Below, piece after piece: positions 33,595 to 46,133 of a stretch of DNA of 64,000 nt. The notes below the pieces were generated by a model. That model was given only the letters and a program-made list of their open reading frames with translations, ran no database searches and was not told the DNA's origin. This DNA comes from Eledone cirrhosa (Eukaryota), in the NCBI GenBank assembly GCA_964016885.1, contig OZ024751.1, positions 40,052,001 through 40,116,000 on the forward strand, given 5' to 3'. Position numbers and translations under genes: made by a program. Position 1 is the first letter of the stretch, and every line of letters starts with the position of its first letter.

Positions 33595-34267
33595 ACCCAC
33601 TAGCAGGAGACCCATGGGCAGACCACGAGCAGGAGACCCAGAGGCAGGCGACGAGCAGGAGACCCAGAGGCAGACTACAAGCAGGAAACCCAGAGGCAGA
33701 CTACAAGCAGGAAACCCAGGGGCAGACCACAACCAGGAAACCCAGAGGCAGGCCACAAGCAGGAAACCCAGAGGCAGGCCACGAGCAGAAGACCCAGAGG
33801 CAGACTACAAGCAGGAAACCCAGGGGCAGACCACAACCAGGAAACCCAGAGGCAGGCCACAAGCAGGAAACCCAGAGGCAGGCCACAAGCAGGAAACCCA
33901 GAGGCAGGCCACAAGCAGGAAACCCAGAGGCAGACTACAAGCAGGAAACCCAGGGGCAGACCACAACCAGGAAACCCAGAGGCAGGCCACAAGCAGGAAA
34001 CCCAGAGGCAGGCCACAAGCAGGAAACCCAGAGGCAGGCCACAAGCAGGAAACCCAGGGGCAGACCACAACCAGGAAACCCAGAGGCAGGCCACGAGCAG
34101 GAGACCCAGAAGCAGACTACAAGCAGGAAACCCAGAGGGAGGCCACAAGCAGGAAACACAGAGGCAGGCCACGAGCAGGAGACCCAGAGGCAGACTACAA
34201 GCAGGAAACCCAGGGGTAGACCACAACCAGGAAACCCAGAGGTAGGCCACAAGCAGGAAACCCAGAG
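33595..34267. repeat. 26-bp minisatellite in Ashwin intron 3
   Basis: Unit AGGAAACCCAGAGGCAGGCCACAAGC with recurring variants. Confidence 0.95.
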
Positions 34268-34685
34268 TGTGTTTAAAAAGTTTGCCTTGCAACCACAGGG
34301 TTTCACATTTAGTCCCATTGTGTGACAACTTAGGCATATGTGTTTTCTACTATAGCATCAGGCTGACCAATGTCTTGTGAGTGAAATTTGGTTGACGGAA
34401 ACTATGTAGAGGCCTGACGTATGCATATATAGAGGAAGACATGTAATGTCCTAAAGTTATCTCCCTTGCATTATGCCACTATGTGCGTGATCATTCGATC
34501 TGTTAGAAATAGCAGCCAAATTTTCTTCAAATCAGACCAGATCCTTTTAAGAGGGTTGTAACTCCAAATAAGGACCAACTCGGACCAGTCCAACCCATGT
34601 CAGCATGGAAAGCGAACATATGATGATGATTATGATTGTGAAATAAATCATATAAGCAATACACAGCAAGAATCTTTAGACTTAC

Positions 34686-35016
34686 GTTGTTCTCTGATGG
34701 TCTCTTTTTTGCTTCTGGTGACAAATTTTCTTGTAATGATTTCTCATCGGTACAATGATTATTTTTATCGCTCGATTCAGTCGTTTTCTCCATTGTACAG
34801 TTTTCATCTTTTGAATCTGGTGATCCGGTCACTCGTTCACAAGAAGTGGACAGGTCATTGTCCGCAGACAAAGAACCACTACGAGAGTTTAACCTAATTG
34901 TTTTCCTGTCAAAGTTAATGCATGATGCTGGTGGCTTAACAGGTGATGTGGAATCAGTTGATGGAGTATATGAAGACATGAAACGTGGCATTGGTTTTTC
35001 TTGGACATCCATAGAA
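34686..35016 (-). CDS. C2orf49: Ashwin exon 3
   Basis: TTACAG acceptor; in frame with supplied ORF MDVQEKPMPRF...RKTIRLNS...AKKRPSENN; GTAAGT donor. Confidence 0.88.
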
Positions 35017-36401
35017 CTGTAATGAAGAACAAGAGACTTTATGTAATAAAATTATTTTCTACCAACAAGTCTTCAGAATAATCTATTTATTTCAAATAGA
35101 AACATCTTTAACCTTTTCATTACCATATTTCAAACAAAATACATTGCCTATGTGTTTAATCTATTTTGGAAAATAACCAAAAATTTAGATGGATTTAATA
35201 AAATATCTAAGTTTTTCATTAATAAGTTGGTATTTAGAACATTACAAATTTCTTTTTAATATAATTGAAGGCTCATGGCTTAGTGGTTAGAGCATTGGGC
35301 TTGCAATCGAAAAGTTGTGAGTTCAATTCTCAGACCGGGTGATGTGTTGTTTCCTTGAGAAAGACACTTTATTTCACATTGCTCCAGTTTACTCAGCTGT
35401 AAAAATGAGATGATAGGACTGGGGTCCATATCATTCCACTGCAAAGTGGTCGTGGAGGTGCCACGGCACAAAAGCACCCAGCCCACACTGTAAAGTGGTC
35501 GTGGAGGCGCCACGGAAATAAGCACCCAGCCCACACTGTAAAGTGGACGTGGAGGTGCCACGGGAAAAAAAGAACCCAGCACTCACTGTAAATGAGGTTG
35601 GTGTTAGGAAGAGCATCCAGCTGTAGAAATCAAGCCAGAATCAGTTCCCGTATGAGCAAAACACGGTCAGCCGACCGGACACTGCCCACAACAGGACAAC
35701 CCGTCTAACCCATGCTAGAACGGACGTAAAACAGTGATGATGATTATGATGATGATGATAATTATGAGGAAAGGCTTTATTTAATATGAGGATAAACATT
35801 TTAAAGTGAACAGTTTTGTATCATAAATCTAGGGCAGCTTCAGTCAGGTTGGTATCGAAATGGATTTAAAAAAAGGTTCTAGACATGGTTGGAACACCTT
35901 GGATCTTCAAAGGTTTGCTGGATCAGAGATGGCCAAGGGTTAAACAACAACAAAGGATTTTTTTTTATTTGTACAAAAAGCAAACTAAATGAAGTCAGTA
36001 TAAGAAATGCGATTCTGATTGATAGTGAAACTGGGAATATTCTCTGAGAAAGAACTATGGAGGCTGGAGAAACTAGAAGTTAACTGTGTTGCAGGTTTAT
36101 CCAACCCATGTCAGCATTAGAAACAAAATAGATTTTGACAATCATAAACAGTATCATCATCATCATCATCATCGTTTTTATATCGACTTTTCCAAGCTAG
36201 CATGAGTTGGATGGGACTTTTCAAGCAATATTTTACAACTGGATGACTTTCCTGACATCCTGACACCAACCCTTTTAGTCACTTCTTATGACTGACACAG
36301 GTATATGGTGAACCTATTCTAAACCAGATAAACAAAATTTTTTATTTAAAATATGGTAATAAAAAAGGTTAAACAATAAGAATAAATAAAAAATAACTCA
36401 C

Positions 36402-36586
36402 TTCTTAGAAACTTCGTCATTTGATGATTTTGCACTCTTTGCAAACAGAATCTGTTTCTCGGTCATGATTACACCTCGACAATTATACAGGTAACTTCTC
36501 TGGGGGAGAGGAAGTAGATACCTGTTATATATATCAATCAGTTCATCTTTGTTAAGAGTATCGATGTTTGGTGGATCAATAAACCG
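36402..36586 (-). CDS. C2orf49: Ashwin exon 2
   Basis: Polypyrimidine tract + CAG acceptor; RFIDPPNIDTLNKDELIDIYNRYLLPLPQRSYLYNCRGVIMTEKQ resembles the conserved Ashwin segment (KDxLxxLY...PLPQR...RxGxxMxxK); GTGAGT donor, phase 2. Confidence 0.92.
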
Positions 36587-37902
36587 CTGGAGGAAAAAGT
36601 GGAATTGAAATTGAGAGGGGGAGAGAGGGAGAAAGACAAAGAGGGGGAGGAGAGAAGGGGGAGATAGAGGGGAGAGAGAGAGAGAGCATAATTGGAGTTG
36701 CAAAGAAATGAAAGGAAACAAAATTTTTGTTCTATTGACAACAAAAGAAAACAAAAATTCTGCATAGTGTCTGTAAAAGGCTGACTATGAAGGAGTGATG
36801 CTAGAGCTGTGAAATCTTGCATGCTTTAATTTCAACTCGTATTAATAATAACTGCATTGTTTCATTCGAAGGCCTATGTTGGAAAATAAACCTCATTTGG
36901 TCATTCCATGAGAGTATATTTCATTGAAAATATGGTAACGAAAGGATTAAAGTGTTTATATTTATCTAAAAGCCTTCCATTATAATTTTATTTAAGATCA
37001 TTTCTTATTTTCATATTCCAAACACTAGTTTAAAGTTATTTTACTAAATTCCTCCAAATTCTTGGCTATTTTCAAAATTATTTGAAAGCCAACGGCAATG
37101 TGGCCTCAGCCCGATGGCTGGAACAGATAAAAGAATAATGTTTTTCATTAGAAATATGGCAAAATAGACGGTTGGGTAGTTTTTACGGATATTTTGCTGC
37201 TATTTCGAGTAAGGGTGGGGAACCAGGGTTACATTGCAAATGGTTAACCCTTTCGTAACAATATTTCCAATGAAAGACACGTATAGCCCGTTCGTTACCA
37301 TATTTCTAATGAAAAACATTATTCTTTTATCTGTTCCAGCCATCGGGCTGAGGCCACATTGCCGATGACTTTCAAATAATTTTGAAAATAGCCAAGAATT
37401 TGGAGGAATTTAGTAAAATAACTTTAAACATGTGGTTTTGGATGATAGGACGAAACTGGACATGAAGGTTGCGATTGGAATACCATGAGCTATAGAAAAG
37501 CTAAATCAATATAAACTCGAGCCAATCAATATAGAGGTATTGTTTACAATATCTATATTACACACAGCTAAACCATTCCAGTGCATAATCAAAGTTAGGG
37601 GGTGGGAAAATAAGATAATTAATTATTCTAACCATTTTAAGAACCTTATTTTATGCAGAACGACACAAGAGACCAGATGCATTTATAAAAGGAGAAAAAA
37701 TATGACAATAATTGTTATTATTTACGTTTATAAATATATATTTCAAACGTAAAAAAATCATGTTTGATCAACTTATAAAGGATGAGAAACGATGCGGTGT
37801 CGACATAGGTGACAATGATGCAGTGATTACAGCAGAATTACAGTTGCAATAACTCGTTCGATTAGAATTAAATGTGCCTTTCATTCAGCAAAAACAACTC
37901 AC

Positions 37903-37992
37903 CGATCTTATAACATTTAAAAGTTTTTCTTTGGTTAAAAAATGTGGACAATTCCAGTTAATTTCGGAAGATTCAATCTTGCCTGACGCCAT
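37903..37992 (-). CDS. C2orf49: Ashwin (tRNA-splicing ligase complex subunit), exon 1 of 4
   Basis: ATG at 37992 in AAGATGGCG context; MASGKIESSEINWNCPHFLTKEKLLNVIRS then GTGAGT donor. Full join 37992-37903, 36586-36402, 35016-34686, 33467-33399 = 675 nt, 224 aa, all GT-AG and phase-consistent. Confidence 0.88.
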
Positions 37993-38042
37993 CTTCCATA
38001 AAGAAATTCAGCAGTAAATAAATACGGGTAGTTGATTGGTTA
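37986..38042 (-). promoter_or_regulatory. Ashwin proximal promoter motifs
   Basis: YY1-type AAGATGGCG overlapping the ATG; CCAATC box about 45 bp upstream. Confidence 0.45.
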
Positions 38043-39242
38043 ATTAAATTTACCCCAAATCTTCACATTTGAAGGTGCTTTAAGTGTAAGACGAAGTTAG
38101 TGGATCGTTAGAATTAGTAGAGCAACTGTTATAATGTCATTACGATATCTCTTCCGGCTCTTTATGTTCTCAATTTCTTCCAGGGTAGATAAAATATATT
38201 AATAGTCACGTAGTGTGATCGATATAACCGACTTTCCTCTTCCTTCAAATTACTGGCTTTCTCACAATGTCATCAAGTATCATTAGTGGACAGGTGGTGC
38301 AGTGGCAAACTGTTAGAGCGTCGAATAAATACTTAGCAATATTGTTCCAACTCTTTTACGTTCTGAGTTCAAAATTCCGCCGAGGTTAAGTTAAACCTTC
38401 ATCCCTACGGTGTCGATAAAATAAAGTACCAGTCAAATACTGCGGTCGATATAGTCCTCTTTTATCTTGCTGACCGCATGCTGTTACAAAGAATCATTTT
38501 GATTTGAGGGTATTAGTTATTTAATATAATTTCAATAATTTCTCCGATGGGTCACCTTTGATGCGGACAGAATTGAAAACGTCTTTGGAAGGCTACTAGC
38601 AGGATAGCAAATAAAAGGGGGGTGGGGTATAAATTGCGATTAAAGTGAAACCAAAAAGCTGGAAGAAGTGAAAGTGAAATAAATAAAATTGAAACAAATA
38701 CTCCATGCTTCCTGAAATTTTCCAACATTACATCTGATGTCCCCACTCCATACACACGCACACGTGTATTCCATGACTCGTACACTGTTCATTTTCCTGA
38801 CATTTGTACATTATTCTATGTACTATACATGCACCTTTGATGAGTTGTAATGCACTTGAGCACTGTACACAATTTCATTATTATTATTGTACCAGTAATG
38901 CACTGAGTAATTTGCTGGCCTTGTGCCAAATGTAGAAACAATTATTATTATTATTATTTTAAATAAAATTTGGGGATATCTGTTGACAATTTCTAAACTT
39001 ATTTCTCCACAGCCAGTGTTGAATAGTTAAGGAGTTCGCTTCACAACCAGTTGGTTCTTAGGCAAGTATTTTCTATTATAACAGTTGACCAATATCTTGT
39101 GAGTGGGATTTCGTGAACGGAAACTGCAGAAGCCCGTCGTATATATATATATATATATATATATTACCCACTCTACTACCGTAAGTATCGAGTAGACTGA
39201 TACGTTATGGTCCACCTGGTTTCTTACCACACTTTCTTTGTG

Positions 39243-39274
<32 letters not shown>

Positions 39275-39319
39275 AAAGTTATATATATATATATATATTT
39301 ATTTATATATATATATATA

Positions 39320-39382
<63 letters not shown>

Positions 39383-39384
<2 letters not shown>

Positions 39385-39615
39385 TCTTCTTCGCCCACTT
39401 ATTCCTGAAAGGGTCGTGGGGGTAGAGTCCCCAAACACTTCTTCCAACGGGTCCTGTCAGAAGTAACCGTCGCCAACTGATCAGGCTGGATCTCCAAGCG
39501 TGACCAGCCAAACTCATAGATGTTATTCAACCATCTTGCTCGGGATCTACTCCTGGGTCTCCTACCAGTTGGTTTTACCCGTAAAATTTGTCCAGCGATT
39601 CTTTCCTGAAACATA
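39383..39615 (-). mobile_element. RTE LINE 3' fragment
   Basis: QERIAGQILRVKPTGRRPRSRSRARWLNNI...DRTRWK..L.TLPPRP followed by a (GAA)n tail. Confidence 0.8.
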
Positions 39616-40071
39616 TCTAATACATAAGTTATGATCGAACCACGAATAAATGTTTACATATTTAAACATGGTGGTGCATTTGAATATATACACGGAACAA
39701 GATTATCTTTTAATTTACTAATTGTTTTATTTTTTATCGTGTATATGTAGTGTTTGAATTCGCACGCGTCAATTAGTTCAACTGTAAACGTAATTCGATT
39801 TATTTTGTGAATTACCTCCCTTGATCAAACTATCTGGTGAACATATAAACATAATAATAACATTTATATTGCAAATTATATACAATTTTGAGAAAGAAAT
39901 AATAACTAAATTAGTATAAAATATTAGAATATGATTAGTTATTTCTAAATATTTGAAAAATATATTGTATAATACATTCCAAAATTAATAATTTAGAAAT
40001 GTTCTAGTTAAGCAATCAGTAACTTTACTTCATTAAAAGTATTTATATAGTGTAAAAATTCGTGTTAAAGC

Positions 40072-40235
40072 ATACTTACCTGGCACAGGGGTTAACCATG
40101 ATCAGCTAGGTGGTTCTCCCAGAGTGAGGCCCTTCCATTGCACTCCGGTTGGGTTGACCTTTGCGATCGCCCCAAATGTGGGCGACTCGGGTGCGCTATT
40201 TCTAAGTGTGGGGTCTGCGTTCGCGCTCACCCCGG
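40072..40235 (+). ncRNA. RNU1: U1 snRNA gene (sequence variant)
   Basis: Begins ATACTTACCTGG; 164 nt; SL2 loop ATTGCAC; SL3 CAAATGT loop; SL4 GCG-TTCG-CGC; helix H GCAC/GTGC; all four stems pair. Confidence 0.95.
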
Positions 40236-41285
40236 AAATCAAACAAAGAAAAGACTTCCCATTCCCTCTACAATCACTTCCTCTTTCCTCGCTACTTATT
40301 ATATTAAGTACAGGACACTGTGGTCTCTGGATCGGACTTATGACCTTACGATCGCGAGTCCAGTGTTCTTATTCGTTATGACACTGTGCTGCTGTTGGTC
40401 ACGTGTACCCTTGCCGTAGTTCTCAGGGAGATTCAGTGCAGTTTGATAAGCCATGTCTGTCCTTTGAATTACTGATACAACCAGGTGACTAAAGCAACGA
40501 AGAGTAAAGTGTCTTGCTTAAGGTGACAATGCGCCGCTGGTAGTCAAACCTTTATTAATTAACTATGCTAAAACTGAGAAAGGGAGGTGGTTCGGTAAGC
40601 TAAGACACCCAATGTTTCCACCATCAAGAAGTTACTTCATATCTTTACCCTGTCTGAGCTGGGGGTAGGAGGGATTCTGTCGCTTAACCCTTTAGCATTC
40701 ACATTACTTTATATATACTATTATATTTTCATGGTAAATGTTTTATCTCACATAATATCGAATCTATACCTTAACATCAGTTTCAACAGAAAAAGGGAGA
40801 GAATTCTGGCCAGTTTGAACACTAAAGGGTTAATTTACCAAAGTGTCACAGTATGGTTATTTCTACAAGTCTCCCTCGCTGTTTCTATTCTATCACATCC
40901 GATGGGAGAGACTGGATGAGGCGTGACATGTATTTATGCTAAATTTTCGACGTAAAAAGTTTATATACAAACATCAGTTCTAGGATAAACTACAAAGACA
41001 TTGCTTTAAACATCGTAGATCCCTCATTAAATGAAAGGGTCCTGTGGAATAGCTAGTCATATCACCTCATTTATACCTTTAGACGAGCGCTTTCAACCCT
41101 AGGGTTCAGCTGATAAATAAACCAGTTATTAGAAAATATATTTTATGTTTACCACGTGAACTACCATGAAAATATAAAAGCGGTAGATATTTGATAAACA
41201 ACGAAAACATACTTTTTAACATATTTCTCCTTGAATAAAGAGACCCCCCATATATTTGGTAATTATCTCCCTTGTTAACAATTCA

Positions 41286-41301
41286 GCCACTAGATGTCAC
41301 T
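41286..41301 (+). promoter_or_regulatory. CTCF-like site; second copy at 41927-41942
   Basis: GCCACTAGATGTCACT is one mismatch from the CCACTAGATGGCA CTCF core and is followed by ATTGG. Confidence 0.35.
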
Positions 41302-42494
41302 ACATGTATTTTATTGGCCGTAATCCTATAAGTGGTTGTCTTCTATTACAGAAACAACAGTCGAATGTATTTTATTTTACACTCTACTACGTTGAAAAAA
41401 GACGAGATCAGTCGCGTCAAACTCCACCTTTTATGTGGAAATTTCCAGCGTTTGATTTCTCATCACGAATTCACTCCTTTAGCAGCAAATTACAGCATAT
41501 TTACGATATTTTATTGTCTATATATCATGATTTAACGTCTGTAATGTAGAGACGAAAATACTTTAGAGGGTTAGGCTCACATTTTTAATAAGGCGAGTGA
41601 GCAAAAAGTTCAATCAAAGGAGACTACCCTGGCAATTTCGTGAGGATCTGTGGATTAAGCAATCTACAGACACGTGTATCCTAAACATAGTTCTCGGAGA
41701 TTCAGCGTGACAGGGTTTCGCTATTTAAATTACAGGTGTAAATCATTTTTTTTTCCAGGTAAGTGAACTGTAGCAACGTGAAATAAAGTCTCTTGCTTAA
41801 GGACACAACATTAAAATATATGATAAGACTGATAAACAACGAAAACATACTTCTTAACATATTTCTCCTTGAATAAAGAGACCCCATATATTTGGTAATG
41901 ACCTCCCTTGAAGTGTTAACAATTCAGCCACTAGATGTCACTACATGTATTTTATTGGCCGTAATCCTATAACTGGTTGTCCTCTATTACAGAAACAACA
42001 GTCGAATGTACTTTATTTTACACTCTACTACGTTGAAAAAAGACGAGAGATCAGTCGCGTCAAACTCCACCTTTTATGTGGAAATTTCTCATCACGAATT
42101 CACTCCTTTAGCAGCAAATTACAGCATATTTACGATATTTTATTGTATATATATATATATCATCATTTAACGTCTGTAATGTAGAGACGAAAATACTTTA
42201 AAGGAGGGTTAGGCTCACATTTTTAATAAGGCGAGTGAGCAAATACTTCAATCAAAGGAGAATATTTTGGGGGAAGGGAAAAGGCAATTAAATCGACCTC
42301 AGTACATTACTGGTACTTTATTTTATCGACTAAGTAAGGACGAATGGAATAATAACAACAATGAAAACAAAGGTAACAAAAGGAAGTGGGTATTTTTATT
42401 CACATGTTATTGGGATCATATTTTCAAATTTTTCATATATATATATTATATTCTTTTAGAAAATGGGAAAAATAGTTATCTTTTGAGTATGAAT

Positions 42495-43420
42495 CAGTCG
42501 ACAACATCATATCACATTTAATAACATCACATCGCATTTAATAACGACAAGTCTTATTTAATCAGTTGACAACATCACATCACATTTGATAACGACACAA
42601 GTTGACAGTTTCACATTATATTTAATAATGACACAAGTATTATTTAATCAGTTGACATCACATCACATCACATTTAGTAATGACATGGTGGTCACATGTC
42701 GAATCAGTTGACTACATGACACCACATGTTATTTTAAAATGACACAATTGACATTATCATACACATATACATTTTAAGATGACACAATCGATAGTTTGTA
42801 TAAGTTGACAACATCACACCACGTTATTTTAAAATGACACAATTGATGGAGTTTCAATCAATTGACAACATCACACCACGTTACATTAAAATGACAGCTG
42901 ACAGTATCATTCCAAGTGTTACATTAAAATGACACAGTTAACGGTACCACACCACATGTTATATTAAAATGACACAGTTGACAGTATCATTCCAAGTGTT
43001 ACATTAAAATGACAGTTGACAGTATCACACCACATGTTATATTAAAATGACAGCTGACAGTATCATTCCAAGTGTTACATTAAAATGACAGCTGACAGTA
43101 TCATTCCAAGTGTTACATTAAAATGACAGCTGACAGTATCATTCCAAGTGTTACATTAAAATGACAGCTGACAGTATCATTCCAAGTGTTACATTAAAAT
43201 GACAGCTGACAGTATCATTCCAAGTGTTACATTAAAATGACAGCTGACAGTATCATTCCAAGTGTTACATTAAAATGACAGCTGACAGTATCATTCCAAG
43301 TGTTACATTAAAATGACACAGTTGACAGTATCACACCACATGTTACATTAAAATGACACAGTTAACGGTACCACACCACATGTTATATTAAAATGACAAA
43401 GTTGACACCATCACACATGA
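42495..43420. repeat. 38-bp minisatellite with homogeneous core and degenerate flanks
   Basis: Unit GACAGTATCATTCCAAGTGTTACATTAAAATGACAGCT. Confidence 0.9.
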
Positions 43421-43984
43421 CATGAGAGTCAGTGATATTGATGAAGAGAGACAAAAGGAAAAATATACAAAAAAAAAAGATATATTTGTATAATATTTCA
43501 GTGTTAAGTAGTTGTTGTTTGAAGGGTGGGGAAATGATAGTGCCACAATGTATTATTATGATATAATTACAAATGTTAATAAAAGATAAAATATAATTTA
43601 TATATTTATATAATTTATATGAAGCGTTGTGAAATACAGGTACAAAACTGATTTTCCTGGCAACCGATGGTCTATACATCTTTTTAACCCAAATACTTTA
43701 TAAGTGGATATTTCAATATTTCCTATGAATCATCAGTTATATATTGAATGATCACATATGGTAGTATTTGTTATTTGTAATCACCTAAAAATATTGTAAC
43801 TTTGGTGAATTAGGAGAACTTCTTATCCTATTTTAACTTTGGTGAATTAGAACTTATCCTATTTTAACTTAATCCCTAGTTCTGGTTTCCAATCACAGTG
43901 GAAGTGTGAAAATATTTATACTTTTACATAATTAGTTAAGAATTAAGTGTGAAAATTGCAGGAGCTGGTGCAGTAATGTGCCAG

Positions 43985-44765
43985 CTTCAGAAAAAGAGAG
44001 GTAGGTGGGAAAGCCAAACTCACTATCTTCAATTAGGTATTTGTGACAACCCTTACCTATGGTCATAAATCTTGGATAATGACCGAAAGTATACGATTGT
44101 GAATACAAGAGGCCGAAATGGGGTTCTTCCAAAGGATCTTTGATGTTAGGTTAGTGAATAGAGTGCCTCAGAGAATCACTCTGGGTAGAACTGCTACTTC
44201 TCTGATGTTAGGTTAGTGAATAGAGTGCCTCAGAGAGTCACTCTGGGTAGAACTGCTACTTCTCTGATGTTAGGTTAGTCAATAGAGTGCCTCAGAGAAT
44301 CACTCTGGGTAGAACTGCTACTTCTCTGATGTTAGGTTAGTCAATAGAGGGCCTCAGAGAGTCACTCTGGGTAGAACTGCTACTTCTCTGATGTTAGGTT
44401 AGTCAATAGAGGGCCTCAGAGAGTCACTCTGGGTAGAACTGCTACTTCTCTGATGTTAGGTTAGTCAATAGAGTGCCTCAGAGAGTCACTCCAGGTAGAA
44501 CTGCTACTTCTCCGAATTGAGAGATGACAGCTCAGATACTATGGACAGGAGGTTAGAATGTCTCAGGAAAGAATCACTGGACAGATTTTATGGGCAAAAG
44601 CAACAGTTAGCAGACCCAGGAGTAGACCTTGAGCAAAATGGTTGGATAACATCCATAAGCTTGGCTGGTCTTGCTTGGGGATGCAGCTGGATCAGTTGGA
44701 GATGGTTGCTTCTGACAGGACTCTGCTCCCACGACCTTCTCAGGAATAAAGGGACAAAGAAGAAG
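43985..44765 (+). mobile_element. RTE LINE 3' fragment containing a 62-bp x6 tandem amplification
   Basis: RESL.VELLLLRIER*QLRYYG...RMSQERI; related copies at 39385-39615 (-) and 60632-60880 (-). Confidence 0.8.
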
Positions 44766-45729
44766 GCAGTTAGGGTTCAAGGAGAATATTTACACCTTCA
44801 TAATGTTATATTATTATAGTTAAGATATATGGAGAGCGTCTACTCTAATAATGTGTTTTTAAGGAATAAACAAAGGTCTATTGAAAAGATTTGCTAGCAA
44901 AATGGTTATTAACAATGTGACAACAGTCTCCTAGGAATTTACCCTAAATAATTATAACGTGTCATTTATTAGTCCATTTAAACAGATAATTCGGTATAAG
45001 TTTGGAACCAACGGTGCCAAAAAACTGGTGTTGTAGCTGTATGTGTCAGGATTATTTGAGGAGAGCCAGTAACATGCACCTGTGAAATGAAAGTGAAGAT
45101 GAGGAGAGCCAGTAACATGCACCTGTGAAATGAAAGAGTGAAGAAACTAAAGTAAAGACAAACAAAACAAAAAATAGTTTACCTTATATTTCATAATATT
45201 TCAAGGTGTAGATCCCCTTTTCAAAAGAGAGGAAATGGAGTGTGACTAGCTGAGCTCTTTCTTGCATTACTTTTGTTTTCACTCCCTTATTTCTATCTTA
45301 TTTTCTACTGACTTTCCCAAAATAATCCATAAAAAAATTAATAGTTTATAAGAAGTTATATTTTTGTTATATATAAAGTGATTATAGTTGTGGTGACATT
45401 GGCTCAGTAAACTAGATAAGGTGTTTTTAATTATTTTATAACTGTTTTAATTATATTATAACTGTTACATAGGGGACAATCCTCATAATTCATAACTAAA
45501 CAATGACTGGTTTCAGTGTAGTTAATGTTTATCATAAACTAATACCTACATACCTACAATATAACAACTATATGGTATAGTGATAGGACATAGCGATATA
45601 ATATAGCTAGATAGTGATATAATCTACCTATATAATATATAGTAATATAACATAGTAACATAACTACATAATATAGTGATATAATTATAGTATTATAGTA
45701 ATATAATGATATAACATAGCTATATATAA

Positions 45730-46133
45730 ACACAAGAGTGCCAGCTGAAAAGTTCATAGTCTGACGAAGATACTCTCATGGAATGACTAAATGAGATTTA
45801 TTTTTCAACATAGTGCTTGGAAAGAACTATGCAGTTATTAATAAGAAGAGTTGAAATTAACCCTTTAGCATTCAAACTGGCCATATCCGGCTAGAAATGT
45901 CTCACCTCTCTCTGTTCAAACCAGTTGAAACTGGTCACTTATACTGATGTTAAGGTATTGTTCTCAAAATCTCATAGATTCGATATTATCTGCGATAATT
46001 ATGTAAGATAAAGTGTTTACTACAAAAATACAATAGTATATATATAGTAATGTGAATGCTAAAGGGTTAATGCATGCAAGATTTCACAGTCCTCCTTCAT
46101 AGTCAGCCTATGAACTTTTCAGCTGACCCTCAT
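45730..46133. mobile_element. mariner-like MITE hosting a nested piggyBac-type MITE
   Basis: TIR CAGCTGAAAAGTTCATAG(T/G)CTGAC at both ends; right end reads TATGAGGG.. on the minus strand. Confidence 0.65.

Noticed and set aside
33614-34337. 201-220 aa repetitive ORFs
   Set aside because: 26-bp minisatellite (not a multiple of 3) inside Ashwin intron 3.
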